From positions 4,179,482 to 4,243,481 of the forward strand of contig CBDCGL010000011.1 in NCBI GenBank assembly GCA_965216755.1: a stretch of 64,000 nt of DNA, in the 5' to 3' direction. Under the pieces are notes generated by a model. That model had not been told where the DNA came from, did no database searches, and saw only the letters and a program-made list of their open reading frames with translations. Source of the stretch: Alphaproteobacteria bacterium. GTDB taxonomy: Bacteria; Pseudomonadota; Alphaproteobacteria; UBA7887. Positions within the stretch are counted from its first letter, which is position 1; each line of letters opens with the position of its first letter. Of the stretch, positions 39,085 through 47,834 are shown in pieces. Made by a program: the position numbers and the translations under genes.

Positions 39085-39166
39085 GGTGACGGTTTACTAA
39101 ATGTACTATTTGTTGTGTGTTTGTGCGACATGGCGCAACATATGGTGTATTTAGTAAACTGTCACC
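39085..39166. repeat. AT-rich 82-bp element bounded by 18-bp near-perfect inverted repeats.
   Basis: GGTGACGGTTTACTAAAT at 39085-39102 and ATTTAGTAAACTGTCACC at 39149-39166 are reverse complements with one mismatch. The region is about 35% GC in a genome of about 64% GC. Confidence 0.7.
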
Positions 39167-39182
39167 GTAATTGGAAACGGCC

Positions 39183-39845
39183 CTAACTGCTGTCGGCCTT
39201 TCGCCACACCTCGAAGCGCGTCGCGCTGACCATTTCGGGGCCATCTTCACCAAACGTGCGATAGAAATTTGTCCACAGTTCGACGGTGCGATTGCCCAGA
39301 TCCTTGCGGCAATGGTCGTTCATGTAGACGCCGCCGATCGGTTGCGCCTCGCCCGATGGCGGCTCGGTTTCGCATGTCCAACCGCCTTGTCCAAATCGAA
39401 ACTTGACGATGCGGCCCAGCTGCCGGGCGCGGCGCTTGTGATACTCCCGCTCGCCTGGATCGGTCACCGCGCGCAGAGCCTCGACGACGCCACCATCAGT
39501 AAACAGCAAAGACAAGATAATCGGATGGCCTGCGACCGCCGTTCCTTCGAGGTCTTCGTATACGACCTCCGAGTCATCATACTGGAACGCCACTTCGTGA
39601 AGCCCGTGTTGGTCTTTGGGGCAGGCGGCGAAATCCGCCCATCCGGCGATCGGTTCGCCGGGCGCGCTGCCATTGTTGCCACAGGCGAAATTCAGATATC
39701 CTTCTTTAGGTAGCTCCGCAACTGTTAGTCCAGTTGTAAACATGCGAATATCGCCCTGTGCCGGGGCTTCGCCGATGTCCGCGGTGGTCGCCATCAGCGC
39801 CGCTGCACAGGCTATCCCGGCGCGTCTGCCCCATATTTTCGCCAT
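39183..39845 (-). CDS. Secreted hypothetical protein.
   Basis: The 220-aa protein has a signal peptide and several Cys. No family was recognised. Confidence 0.45.
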   Translation of the reverse strand: MAKIWGRRAGIACAAALMATTADIGEAPAQGDIRMFTTGLTVAELPKEGYLNFACGNNGSAPGEPIAGWADFAACPKDQHGLHEVAFQYDDSEVVYEDLEGTAVAGHPIILSLLFTDGGVVEALRAVTDPGEREYHKRRARQLGRIVKFRFGQGGWTCETEPPSGEAQPIGGVYMNDHCRKDLGNRTVELWTNFYRTFGEDGPEMVSATRFEVWRKADSS

Positions 39846-39908
39846 GCCTGCTTCTCCTGTCGATGGCTCTATTTCTTTTTGGTTTGTGCCGGCTCCGAAA
39901 TCTTGGCG

Positions 39909-40253
39909 TTATTCTTTGCTCAGACTGAGTATGTAGCCGACGACATTATCGAGATCCGTCCCTTTCAATTCAAAGGACTCGTCCGGCCAGTGCGGCACCG
40001 CCAACGCCGCTTTCAAGGGTTCCAAAGCTTGCAAAGCCGGGTCCCCAGCAATCATCACGAGAGAAAGGGCCGGCGTTGCTGTGTCGCTTGCCGCAGTTTG
40101 TCTAGCCGGTTTGATGCCCGGGGCTTCGTGGCAGGAAATACAGCGTTCCGCCACCAAACCCTTGGCGGCGTCGATATCGGCCGACATGAACGCCATGACG
40201 CTCGACGTGCACAACATAAGGCAGCCCCATCCGCCAATCAACACCCGCGGCAT
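39909..40253 (-). CDS. Mono-heme class I c-type cytochrome.
   Basis: It has a signal peptide, a CISCH heme-binding site, and a C-terminal helix DLDNVVGYILSL typical of class I cytochromes c. Confidence 0.65.
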   Translation of the reverse strand: MPRVLIGGWGCLMLCTSSVMAFMSADIDAAKGLVAERCISCHEAPGIKPARQTAASDTATPALSLVMIAGDPALQALEPLKAALAVPHWPDESFELKGTDLDNVVGYILSLSKE

Positions 40254-40362
40254 GTCGGCCTCCTGTTGGTTTTCTTGACGCGGCATCGACCATCGCCACG
40301 ACACCGCTGGACATGGGCGCGACTGGCCGTGGAAACAAGGGCCGTGGCGCACTGTTCCGCCA

Positions 40363-40887
40363 TCAGTTTTCGGGCTCGGGCGTCCACGAATCAGCCCGTT
40401 GTTCTGCTTTGGCGATTTCCTCCGCAGTTAGAAACTCACGCAATACCTCTAGATGTCCTTCCGCGCCGGTTCGACCCTGCCGGCTGGCAATCAAGAACCA
40501 TTTGTAGGATTCGACAAAGTCCTGTTTGACGCCAAACCCCTCATCCAGCATGAAGCCAAGATTTGTCATCGCCTCTGCAAAGCCCTGTTCGGCGGCGCGC
40601 CGATACCATTTGACAGCTTCGACGTGACTCGCGGGAACCCCGCGGCCCTTGCGGTACATGAACCCGATGTTGTTTTGCGCTTGCGGATCGCCGGCCTTCG
40701 CCAGCGGCAGCCAAGCGTTGAAAGCCGTTTCATAGTCGCGCTTGGCGTAGGCTTCGTTGCCGGCCTCGAATTCGCCGGCTGCCCAGGTCGGCGTGCTAAG
40801 CAGCACGATTCCGATCGCCACGTTTATTGCTGGCCCGGCAATCCAATGGACAAGCTTCATGGTCAGAATGATCATCCTTCCTCTCAC
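40363..40887 (-). CDS. Sel1-repeat (TPR-like) periplasmic protein.
   Basis: Sel1 consensus repeats are present (AQNNIGFMYRKGRGV, AMTNLGFMLDEGFGV). Confidence 0.65.
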   Translation of the reverse strand: MRGRMIILTMKLVHWIAGPAINVAIGIVLLSTPTWAAGEFEAGNEAYAKRDYETAFNAWLPLAKAGDPQAQNNIGFMYRKGRGVPASHVEAVKWYRRAAEQGFAEAMTNLGFMLDEGFGVKQDFVESYKWFLIASRQGRTGAEGHLEVLREFLTAEEIAKAEQRADSWTPEPEN

Positions 40888-40890
40888 GAC

Positions 40891-41448
40891 TCAGTGGCCG
40901 CCACCGCCGCCACCACCACCAGCGGATTCAAGGTCGCGGCACATGCGGGATTTGCCAAAGAAGATCGCACAATCGCTTTGTAACAGCGCGTTATCCCGAC
41001 CCTCGAAATGATCGATAATAAACGAGGCGACGTTGGAAATCTGCCGGGCCGATAATAGGTTCCGAGACTTCCCAGGCATATCATCCGCGCCTAAATCTTC
41101 CTTGGTGAGGCCTTCGTAGCATTCGTAAGCTTCGTACGCTTCCTTGCGATGGTATGGCATGCCGGTCGCGGGCCGGCCGCAGGCGATGACCTCAATCAGT
41201 TGCTTTTTTGTCAGGAAATTTTCGCGGAAGTTGATTGGTGTGCCGCCGTATCCGGGGCCACCCATACCGTGCCATTTGTGGCATACAATGCATCCCGACT
41301 TTTTGTATACCGATGCGCCTGGATGTCCCGCTTGCGGTTGCGCAAATGCCAAATGACTCAATCCGACCGACAATGTTACAAATGCTGCGACGCTCAGGGA
41401 TAGTAAATGCCAAGTTGGCCGCGTTCTTGGCCACTTTCCATTATTCAC
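40891..41448 (-). CDS. c-type cytochrome with a poly-Gly-His C-terminal tail.
   Basis: It has a signal peptide and a CIVCH heme site, and ends ...ESAGGGGGGGGH. Confidence 0.6.
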   Translation of the reverse strand: MNNGKWPRTRPTWHLLSLSVAAFVTLSVGLSHLAFAQPQAGHPGASVYKKSGCIVCHKWHGMGGPGYGGTPINFRENFLTKKQLIEVIACGRPATGMPYHRKEAYEAYECYEGLTKEDLGADDMPGKSRNLLSARQISNVASFIIDHFEGRDNALLQSDCAIFFGKSRMCRDLESAGGGGGGGGH

Positions 41449-41669
41449 GTTTCTTCTCCCTCCAAGCTCTTTTTATTATCTTAAGCCCTGATAGAGCCCA
41501 CGACCTGTGCCGAAACGTCATACCACAGGTCGTGACGCAGCCGAAATAAGGCCCCATTACGTCTAACCCCCGCGCGTTCGCGTCCAGGGTCGGATTCTGG
41601 CTGCAATATTACTGGTGGCACCGCGGTTCGCAAGATTCAAGGCCTTCGGCAACGATGCTGCCGGCCCAA

Positions 41670-43010
41670 TCAATCGCACGTGGCGCCGGCCATACCGTCC
41701 GAAATCCACGCGACACTGTCTGTGCCGTCGGGCGGGTTCACGCAGGCGGCCGGGTAGCGAATGACATCTACAATGGTTGGTGCGCCGGTTTCAGGATTGC
41801 GCATGAACGTGCCATAGGCCGTGCTTGTGATCGCCTGATGGCCACCGCCGATGGCCATATCGACTGTCGTACCCAAGCCCTCGAAAGTGAGATACTCAAA
41901 GGCATCAATAACCGCGTCTGTGGTCGGCAGGCTGTCGCCGCCTGCGGCCTTTTCATAGGCCGCCTTAAGGCCAAGCAACGCTTGCGCCATCTGATAGGCT
42001 GGATAGGTCGGCGGTGTGCCATATGCCGCATCAAAGCCCTCACGGAACCATTGGTTCAGCGGTGTGTCGTCGGCAAAGACGCCATAGGGGCCGCGGCCGC
42101 CGATCACCACACCTTCGGGCATGCGGTCACCGAGCAAATACATCATCGTCTCGCCCGTGCTCAGCACCAAAGTGGCGGTATCGTGCAACCCGCGAGCGCC
42201 GGCTTGGTTGATGAACGCCTCCAGGTCGCCGCCCCAAAGACTGGTATGGATGGCCTCAGCACCACTGATCAGCAGTGCCGAGATCTCTGCATTGTATTGC
42301 CCGGCAAACAGTTTCGGCCATTGTTCGGTGGCGACCTCCATGCCGGGATTAAGGGCGTCCATGGTCAGCGCGTAATCGCGCCAGGAATCCTGGCCCCAGG
42401 CGTAGTTTTGATTGATACCGGCATGGCGTTTGATGTCCGGTGCGCGGTCAAGCACATAGCGCGCCGCCGCGATGCCATCCATGGCCGCGTGTGCCGCTGT
42501 GCGAAAGACATAGCGATAGTCGCGCTCTTCGAAGATGCGCGGCGTCCCACAATCGAAAAACACGGTGAGCGTCTTCAGTTCCTCGGCGATGGGCGCGACG
42601 CCCAGGCAGCTGCCACTGGAGATATAGCCGACCACGGCATCGACACCGCGCCGCTGGACGAGGTTGCGAAACTCGGTCACCTGTTTGGTCGTCCCGCCGG
42701 CTTCGTCAATCAGGATCATCTCAAGGTTGGCCCCCTTGATCCCCGGCGTGTCATACGGCGCCGGCACGGTGCCCACATTGAGTGCCTCGACGATCATGCT
42801 AGCGGCATTCGCCGCCGGCACACCAAACGGGCCTGCCGCAGGGCCTGAAAGAAAGGTAACGACCCCGATTTTCAGGGTTTCGGCGCGTACGGCAGGCGCA
42901 AGCGCGGACACCAGGGTCAGAAGCGCCAATACCAACGCAGCATGTGTGAATTTGCCGATGCGTGGGAAGACCACGCTGGGCTTTCTATGTGGGGAATTCA
43001 ACGCTTTCAT
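41670..43010 (-). CDS. ABC transporter substrate-binding protein of the LivJ / amide-urea type I family.
   Basis: The start at MKALNSPH has a GAGGG Shine-Dalgarno sequence. A signal peptide and the Peripla_BP_6-like pattern are present. Confidence 0.65.
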   Translation of the reverse strand: MKALNSPHRKPSVVFPRIGKFTHAALVLALLTLVSALAPAVRAETLKIGVVTFLSGPAAGPFGVPAANAASMIVEALNVGTVPAPYDTPGIKGANLEMILIDEAGGTTKQVTEFRNLVQRRGVDAVVGYISSGSCLGVAPIAEELKTLTVFFDCGTPRIFEERDYRYVFRTAAHAAMDGIAAARYVLDRAPDIKRHAGINQNYAWGQDSWRDYALTMDALNPGMEVATEQWPKLFAGQYNAEISALLISGAEAIHTSLWGGDLEAFINQAGARGLHDTATLVLSTGETMMYLLGDRMPEGVVIGGRGPYGVFADDTPLNQWFREGFDAAYGTPPTYPAYQMAQALLGLKAAYEKAAGGDSLPTTDAVIDAFEYLTFEGLGTTVDMAIGGGHQAITSTAYGTFMRNPETGAPTIVDVIRYPAACVNPPDGTDSVAWISDGMAGATCD

Positions 43011-43017
43011 CCCGCCC

Positions 43018-43608
43018 TCAACTTTCTGGCGGCGGGTCTTTTGGCGCCAGAATCGGATCGGGCCGATCGAAAAACGTGTATTTGGACTGTGGTGCATGTT
43101 CACCCGGCTTTCTCGGCCGTCGCTCGCTAACTCCGATTTGTCGCGCGCCCTCGACGACCCGGACCTTGGCTTCCTCTACCTCGCGATGAGTCTCGCGGGA
43201 ATAAGGCAGCCGGTATGCGCGCGGTTCTTGATCGGGCTGCAACCGCGTGTCGACGGCACCGGGCGTGTAGACGTCGCTTTCCTCGACCGGCCCACCCGGC
43301 AATTCCATAACCCACAGAATGATCGCGCCCGAGGTCTGCGCGGCTTCGTTCGGTTCGTTGATGACGGCATAAACCAACTCAAAACGATCAGGCAGGCCGG
43401 CGTTGGTCGGCCAGCCGCTGATCTGGCGGATAGATGCAAACTCGACGAAAAAAAAGCCGATCGTGAGCACGATCGCGGCCGCTTTGATCCACCAGCGGAG
43501 CCGCGCCCAAATCAAGATCGCAAGCAGAATGACCGCCAATAAGACGTAGGCGGCGACCAGTTCCAGCTCGCCCAGGGCATATGGCTGTAGGCGGTCGAAA
43601 AAACTCAC
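43018..43608 (-). CDS. Membrane protein of unknown function with a Pro-rich C-terminal tail.
   Basis: It has two N-terminal TM helices and a C-terminal PDPILAPKDPPPES region. Confidence 0.4.
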   Translation of the reverse strand: MSFFDRLQPYALGELELVAAYVLLAVILLAILIWARLRWWIKAAAIVLTIGFFFVEFASIRQISGWPTNAGLPDRFELVYAVINEPNEAAQTSGAIILWVMELPGGPVEESDVYTPGAVDTRLQPDQEPRAYRLPYSRETHREVEEAKVRVVEGARQIGVSERRPRKPGEHAPQSKYTFFDRPDPILAPKDPPPES

Positions 43609-43610
43609 GG

Positions 43611-44237
43611 CTACGTATTCCCGTAAAGATCTTTGGGCAGGGTGTTGATGTTGGTCAGGTCGCCGGTCGGCGTCAGGGTGAAACGGACGGCCGTGATCTC
43701 GTCACCCTGACCGCGGAGCTCCACTGTTTCGTAAAAGACCACTTTGACGATCGGGTTGACTTTTTCCACTTTGACCGTGACGGGAATCGGCGGATTGCGG
43801 ACACTGCTGTTCTCCAGGTCCCCGGGGTCGTAGGCATACATGTGTACGTTGACGACAAATTCACCCGGAACGATGCCGCGGATTGTCGCAACCTCTTGAT
43901 TGAGCGGATTGAGCACTGTGGCGCCGTTGACGGTAATCACATCACGCGTGGTGCCCGTATCATCACGATCCAAATGCATCAGCCCGGCTTCTTTCGCGGC
44001 GTACCAAATCAAATTGCCGCCGGGATCCTGTATCCAGGTGTCAACATCCGACGGATTGCCGTCCGGCCAGGTCACGGTGATCAGAACCTCGGCCTTGGTT
44101 TCAATCGTCCCGGTCTTGGCAATCGGGTTCATGAAGATCAGAGCAACAGCAAACATAAACACGAAGCCGATGAGCGCATTGAATAGCAGATCGGTGAACG
44201 CGTCCGCGTTTTCGCGCCGGTGCTCTCTACGCCGCAT
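43611..44237 (-). CDS. ExbD/TolR-like protein with an enlarged periplasmic domain.
   Basis: A single TM helix reads AFTDLLFNALIGFVFMFAVAL, as in ExbD. It overlaps the upstream MotA/ExbB-like gene by 11 nt. Confidence 0.45.
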   Translation of the reverse strand: MRRREHRRENADAFTDLLFNALIGFVFMFAVALIFMNPIAKTGTIETKAEVLITVTWPDGNPSDVDTWIQDPGGNLIWYAAKEAGLMHLDRDDTGTTRDVITVNGATVLNPLNQEVATIRGIVPGEFVVNVHMYAYDPGDLENSSVRNPPIPVTVKVEKVNPIVKVVFYETVELRGQGDEITAVRFTLTPTGDLTNINTLPKDLYGNT

Positions 44238-45069
44238 GGCGTGTCTCGGTCGAATCTGTCTGCTCGAGCGCCGGTACCACATAGACCTCGGTGATCTCGG
44301 TGGTCATAGAGATCACCTCATCCGTGCTGCCTTCAAGAAAAAAGTACTGTAATTTCAATAGCATTCCGCCGATCAGACCGCACAAGGTCGTGTACAGCGC
44401 GACGGCCATGCCCGACGACATGGACGACAACACTTGGCGCATCGACGCCACGTCAATGGCCTCGACCGCGGCCAGCGGGCCGAGCATCAAGATGAACCCT
44501 ACCACTGTGCCGAGCAGGCCCAAACGCAGCATCATGTCGGATATGAAAAAACCAATTTCCTGAGGGCCTTTAAGTCGGTCCTCAAATGCCTTCAACAGCA
44601 AAGTCTGGTCGAGCTTGCCGACCCCGATGCCGGCTTTCACGATCAAATCTCGAACATGTTCAGTGAACGCGCAGGCGCGCAAATCGGTTTTGTCCCCGAC
44701 CGTGACGCGATCGCCCGCAACGCTGTAGGCCGGTGCGTTTTTGGCGATTTGATCGGCGCCCAAACCGGTCAAATTGAGCTGTCGCGAAATAAACAGAATT
44801 TGGACCATGCAATGGATCGACGTGATCACATACAGCAAGGTAATGGCAATGGAGATGTAGCTCTTGTCGCTTTCAAAGACCTTGCCGACCAAGCCGTAGG
44901 TCCACGCGATCACGAACGCGAACAGGGCGACGCCGGTCAAGATCATCCATTTGAGAAGCAGTTGATGGTGCTTTTCAATACCAAACAAGCGCCACAGGCT
45001 GAACGGCTGTACTGCCACGATCTCACTCCAACGCCGTGACCGCTTAATCGGCCAGTGGCTTCCAGACAA
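44227..45069 (-). CDS. MotA/TolQ/ExbB proton-channel family protein.
   Basis: TM helices show the channel signature LGLLGTVVGF ... MAVALYTTLCGLIGG. Confidence 0.6.
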   Translation of the reverse strand: MSGSHWPIKRSRRWSEIVAVQPFSLWRLFGIEKHHQLLLKWMILTGVALFAFVIAWTYGLVGKVFESDKSYISIAITLLYVITSIHCMVQILFISRQLNLTGLGADQIAKNAPAYSVAGDRVTVGDKTDLRACAFTEHVRDLIVKAGIGVGKLDQTLLLKAFEDRLKGPQEIGFFISDMMLRLGLLGTVVGFILMLGPLAAVEAIDVASMRQVLSSMSSGMAVALYTTLCGLIGGMLLKLQYFFLEGSTDEVISMTTEITEVYVVPALEQTDSTETRHAA

Positions 45070-45192
45070 AGCAATGCAGACTGCGCGTGGCCCAAACCGT
45101 TCGCAAACGACCTGGGCGGCGCGCAGCGCCAGAGGCTATTACAGCTGCGCGTGGGCATCAAGCCGACCCTGAGGCCAGGCCGGCATGTGACG

Positions 45193-45651
45193 TCAATCCA
45201 TATTCGGAGCGTTGAAATCCCAGCAGCGCGATCCTTGACGTTGGCCAGCGGCCAGCGAGCCGGTTGTGCCGGTCTGGAAATCGCGGACGAGTTTTAGCGC
45301 TTCGTAGTGGCAATGGCGGGGGATGTGATCGCGCTGCAGCTTCTGATGATGCTGTTTCGCAGCGCGTATTCCCGCTTGGTCAGCCAACATCAGCCAGACA
45401 TACGCCGATATCACGTCTTTTTGTACGCCGGTGCCGTTGGCCAGCATCAAACCAAGTTGGTATTGCGCCTTGGCATCACCGGCCAAAGCGGCTTCGCGCC
45501 AATGCTGGTGCGCGGCCGGGTAATCCCGTGCATCATAGGCTTCCTGGCCGGCGTCGAAATCAGCCATGGCCGCGGTGGGCAGCGCCAGACCGGCGCACAA
45601 TGCCGCCACAATGCGGTATCTCCGTAGGGTGTGCAGAGGCTTGCTCACCAT
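45193..45651 (-). CDS. Sel1-repeat periplasmic protein.
   Basis: It has a signal peptide and Sel1 repeats (AQYQLGLMLANGTGV). Confidence 0.6.
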   Translation of the reverse strand: MVSKPLHTLRRYRIVAALCAGLALPTAAMADFDAGQEAYDARDYPAAHQHWREAALAGDAKAQYQLGLMLANGTGVQKDVISAYVWLMLADQAGIRAAKQHHQKLQRDHIPRHCHYEALKLVRDFQTGTTGSLAAGQRQGSRCWDFNAPNMD

Positions 45652-45738
45652 TGCTTCGCCTGTCCGTTGTCTGATCCCATGCCTGACGTGCCCATTGTGT
45701 TTGGCAATTTCAAGTCGCTTGCCCGCCAACAGGCTTGG

Positions 45739-46722
45739 TCAATAGGCCGGCGTCGCGGAATCCAAATCCTCGGCCTCATACTGGCGAAACAGCGTAAACA
45801 TGGACCGTTGGAACTCAATCTGCACGGTTTCCAGTTGCTTGTATTGGTCCAAGTTCGCCTCGCCGATGCTCTCGGCCAGCGTGTCGCCGCGCCGCGCCGC
45901 GGCCTGCGCATAGTCGCGCAGGAATCCCAGATAGTCGCGCAGATCGGCGAGCTCATCGGGATCGTTCACCATCGGGCCATGACCGGGAACCAGGCGTCGC
46001 CACCGCATGGTGGCAATCCTGTCCAGATGCTGTAGCCACACATCGATATTGGCATGCGGCACGGATGGCGCGCGATTGCGAAACACCAGGTCGCTGGCAA
46101 AAAGGGTTTCCGTGGCCTGGTCGAAGACGACCAAATCGCCAGGTGTATGACCGAATTCGAACGGCGTCACGCGGACGATGCGGTTGCCCAAGTTAAACGT
46201 CTTTTCCCGCCACGTGGTCTGGGTTGGGCGCACAATCTTCAGGCGCGAGGTCCACTGATTGCCGATCACCACGGTCATGAAGTTCAGCACCGCTTCGCCA
46301 TCGCGGGCCAACAACGGCGCGGCATTGCGATGCATCAACACCGGCGTATTGATCTTCTTGAACGCGGCCATGCCATAGGAATGATCGAAGTGGTGGTGCG
46401 TCACCACGGCCTGACGGATGGGTTTGTCGGTGATCGATCGGATCACCCGGATGAGCTCCTCGGCGTAATACTGGGTGGGTCCGGTATCGACCACCAGCAC
46501 CGCGTCGTCGCCGACGATGAAAGCAATATTGACGACGTTGCCGCCGTTGCGCGGGGTCAGTTGTTCTTGCAAGCCCCACAAAACGTAAACGCCTGGGGCG
46601 ACTTCATCCGGCGATAGACCGTAGGTTGAACCGCGCGCCCAGGCTGCGCCCATAAAGGCGGTGTAAATGAACAGCCCAACGACAAGCAATTGTGCCACGG
46701 CAAAACGTAGCGGTTGTTTCAT
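45739..46722 (-). CDS. MBL-fold metallo-hydrolase, candidate quinoprotein relay system zinc metallohydrolase.
   Basis: A signal or TM segment precedes an HHHFDH motif. The gene lies between a SoxYZ-like gene and a Sel1 gene near the PQQ dehydrogenase. Confidence 0.55.
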   Translation of the reverse strand: MKQPLRFAVAQLLVVGLFIYTAFMGAAWARGSTYGLSPDEVAPGVYVLWGLQEQLTPRNGGNVVNIAFIVGDDAVLVVDTGPTQYYAEELIRVIRSITDKPIRQAVVTHHHFDHSYGMAAFKKINTPVLMHRNAAPLLARDGEAVLNFMTVVIGNQWTSRLKIVRPTQTTWREKTFNLGNRIVRVTPFEFGHTPGDLVVFDQATETLFASDLVFRNRAPSVPHANIDVWLQHLDRIATMRWRRLVPGHGPMVNDPDELADLRDYLGFLRDYAQAAARRGDTLAESIGEANLDQYKQLETVQIEFQRSMFTLFRQYEAEDLDSATPAY

Positions 46723-46766
46723 ACCACCGCGCTTTCTTTCTTGGTCAGACGCACCCGATGGTCAAT

Positions 46767-47573
46767 TTACCACTCGAACGCTGGCGACTCGAACTCCAGG
46801 CCTTTGTTGTCGCGTGCGCGCACTTGGACGTTCTGCTTTAGCTCCGGCATGTCGACCGTGATGATCGGGTCAGAGGCCATGGCCGCCCGCGTTACAACTT
46901 CCATCACGACACCGTCGCTATCCGTGACTTCGACCTTTTCGACGTAATACGCTTCTATCAGGTCACCATCGTCGCCGACGGCAAATCCGGTATCCATCGG
47001 GTGCACAATACGAAATTTCAGCCGCTCTTGCCCGTCGCGGTCATATTTGCGCACCGCAATGTCACCGAGCATCCGGTTGCCTTCGGAGTCGACGGTCCAA
47101 TCGCCGGGTACCGAACAGCCGCCCGGGGTCAACACGTTCACCCACTGAGAGCCGATATGCCACACGCCGTCATCGGTTTTTACGCCGGCACGAACGGCGG
47201 TCGACATTTCCAGGCGAATCTTAAGGCCGAGCGATTCGATCGACCGATGTGGCATCAGTCGGGCGATATGCTGGATCGGGTTATTTTCCGCCACAACCAT
47301 GATTTCGGTGACGGTGCCAAGCTCAGGCGACAAATAAATGGCCAGCGGTACATCCGCGCTGTCTTCGACGTCTTGCGGCAAAATCACCTCAACGCCATCG
47401 TCGAAAATGACATCGCCATCCGCGTAAAACGTCTCGCGCACGTCCGGCCAAACCGGTGTGTCCAGCGGGTCAACCAAGAAATTTTGCGCATTGGCCACGC
47501 TGCCAAATGTTGCCGGCACCAAGATACCGCACATCAACCATCGTAAATGTCTGCGCATAAGTGTCACCCTCAA
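46767..47573 (-). CDS. Secreted SoxY/SoxZ-like fusion protein, candidate quinoprotein dehydrogenase-associated carrier.
   Basis: It has a signal peptide and a mid-protein GGC motif (TPGGCSV) that resembles the SoxY carrier Cys, followed by a SoxZ-like beta region. Confidence 0.4.
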   Translation of the reverse strand: MRVTLMRRHLRWLMCGILVPATFGSVANAQNFLVDPLDTPVWPDVRETFYADGDVIFDDGVEVILPQDVEDSADVPLAIYLSPELGTVTEIMVVAENNPIQHIARLMPHRSIESLGLKIRLEMSTAVRAGVKTDDGVWHIGSQWVNVLTPGGCSVPGDWTVDSEGNRMLGDIAVRKYDRDGQERLKFRIVHPMDTGFAVGDDGDLIEAYYVEKVEVTDSDGVVMEVVTRAAMASDPIITVDMPELKQNVQVRARDNKGLEFESPAFEW

Positions 47574-47834
47574 TACAGGTCTGCCGCGGCAATGACCGCG
47601 TGGGCGCTATTCCGCAACGCTGATCACCGTGACGCCGATCGATTAGCCGAGCCAATCGTAAGGATATACAGATCCGCCGCAGCTGGGTCAAATTGCAGAC
47701 CCGGAAAAACCAAGGATTCGTCTAGGATTTTAGGACCGGTACCGTACCATGATCGCAGGGATGCGGGTACGTGAAATCGCATGTTCGGCGGTGGATCCGA
47801 AAGCCCACCCGCCGAGCATGCGGGATATCCCTCG

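Noticed and set aside
38977-39253. Short ORFs (69 and 65 aa) across the terminator and the inverted-repeat element.
   Set aside because: They span a terminator hairpin and an AT-rich palindromic element. They have no ribosome-binding site and a composition unlike local genes.
43611-44282. ExbD-like protein starting at the first Met of the ORF (44282).
   Set aside because: That start would add a 15-residue Arg-rich leader and a 56-nt overlap with the upstream gene. The ATG at 44237 gives an 11-nt overlap and a standard ExbD-like N-terminus. The call remains tentative.
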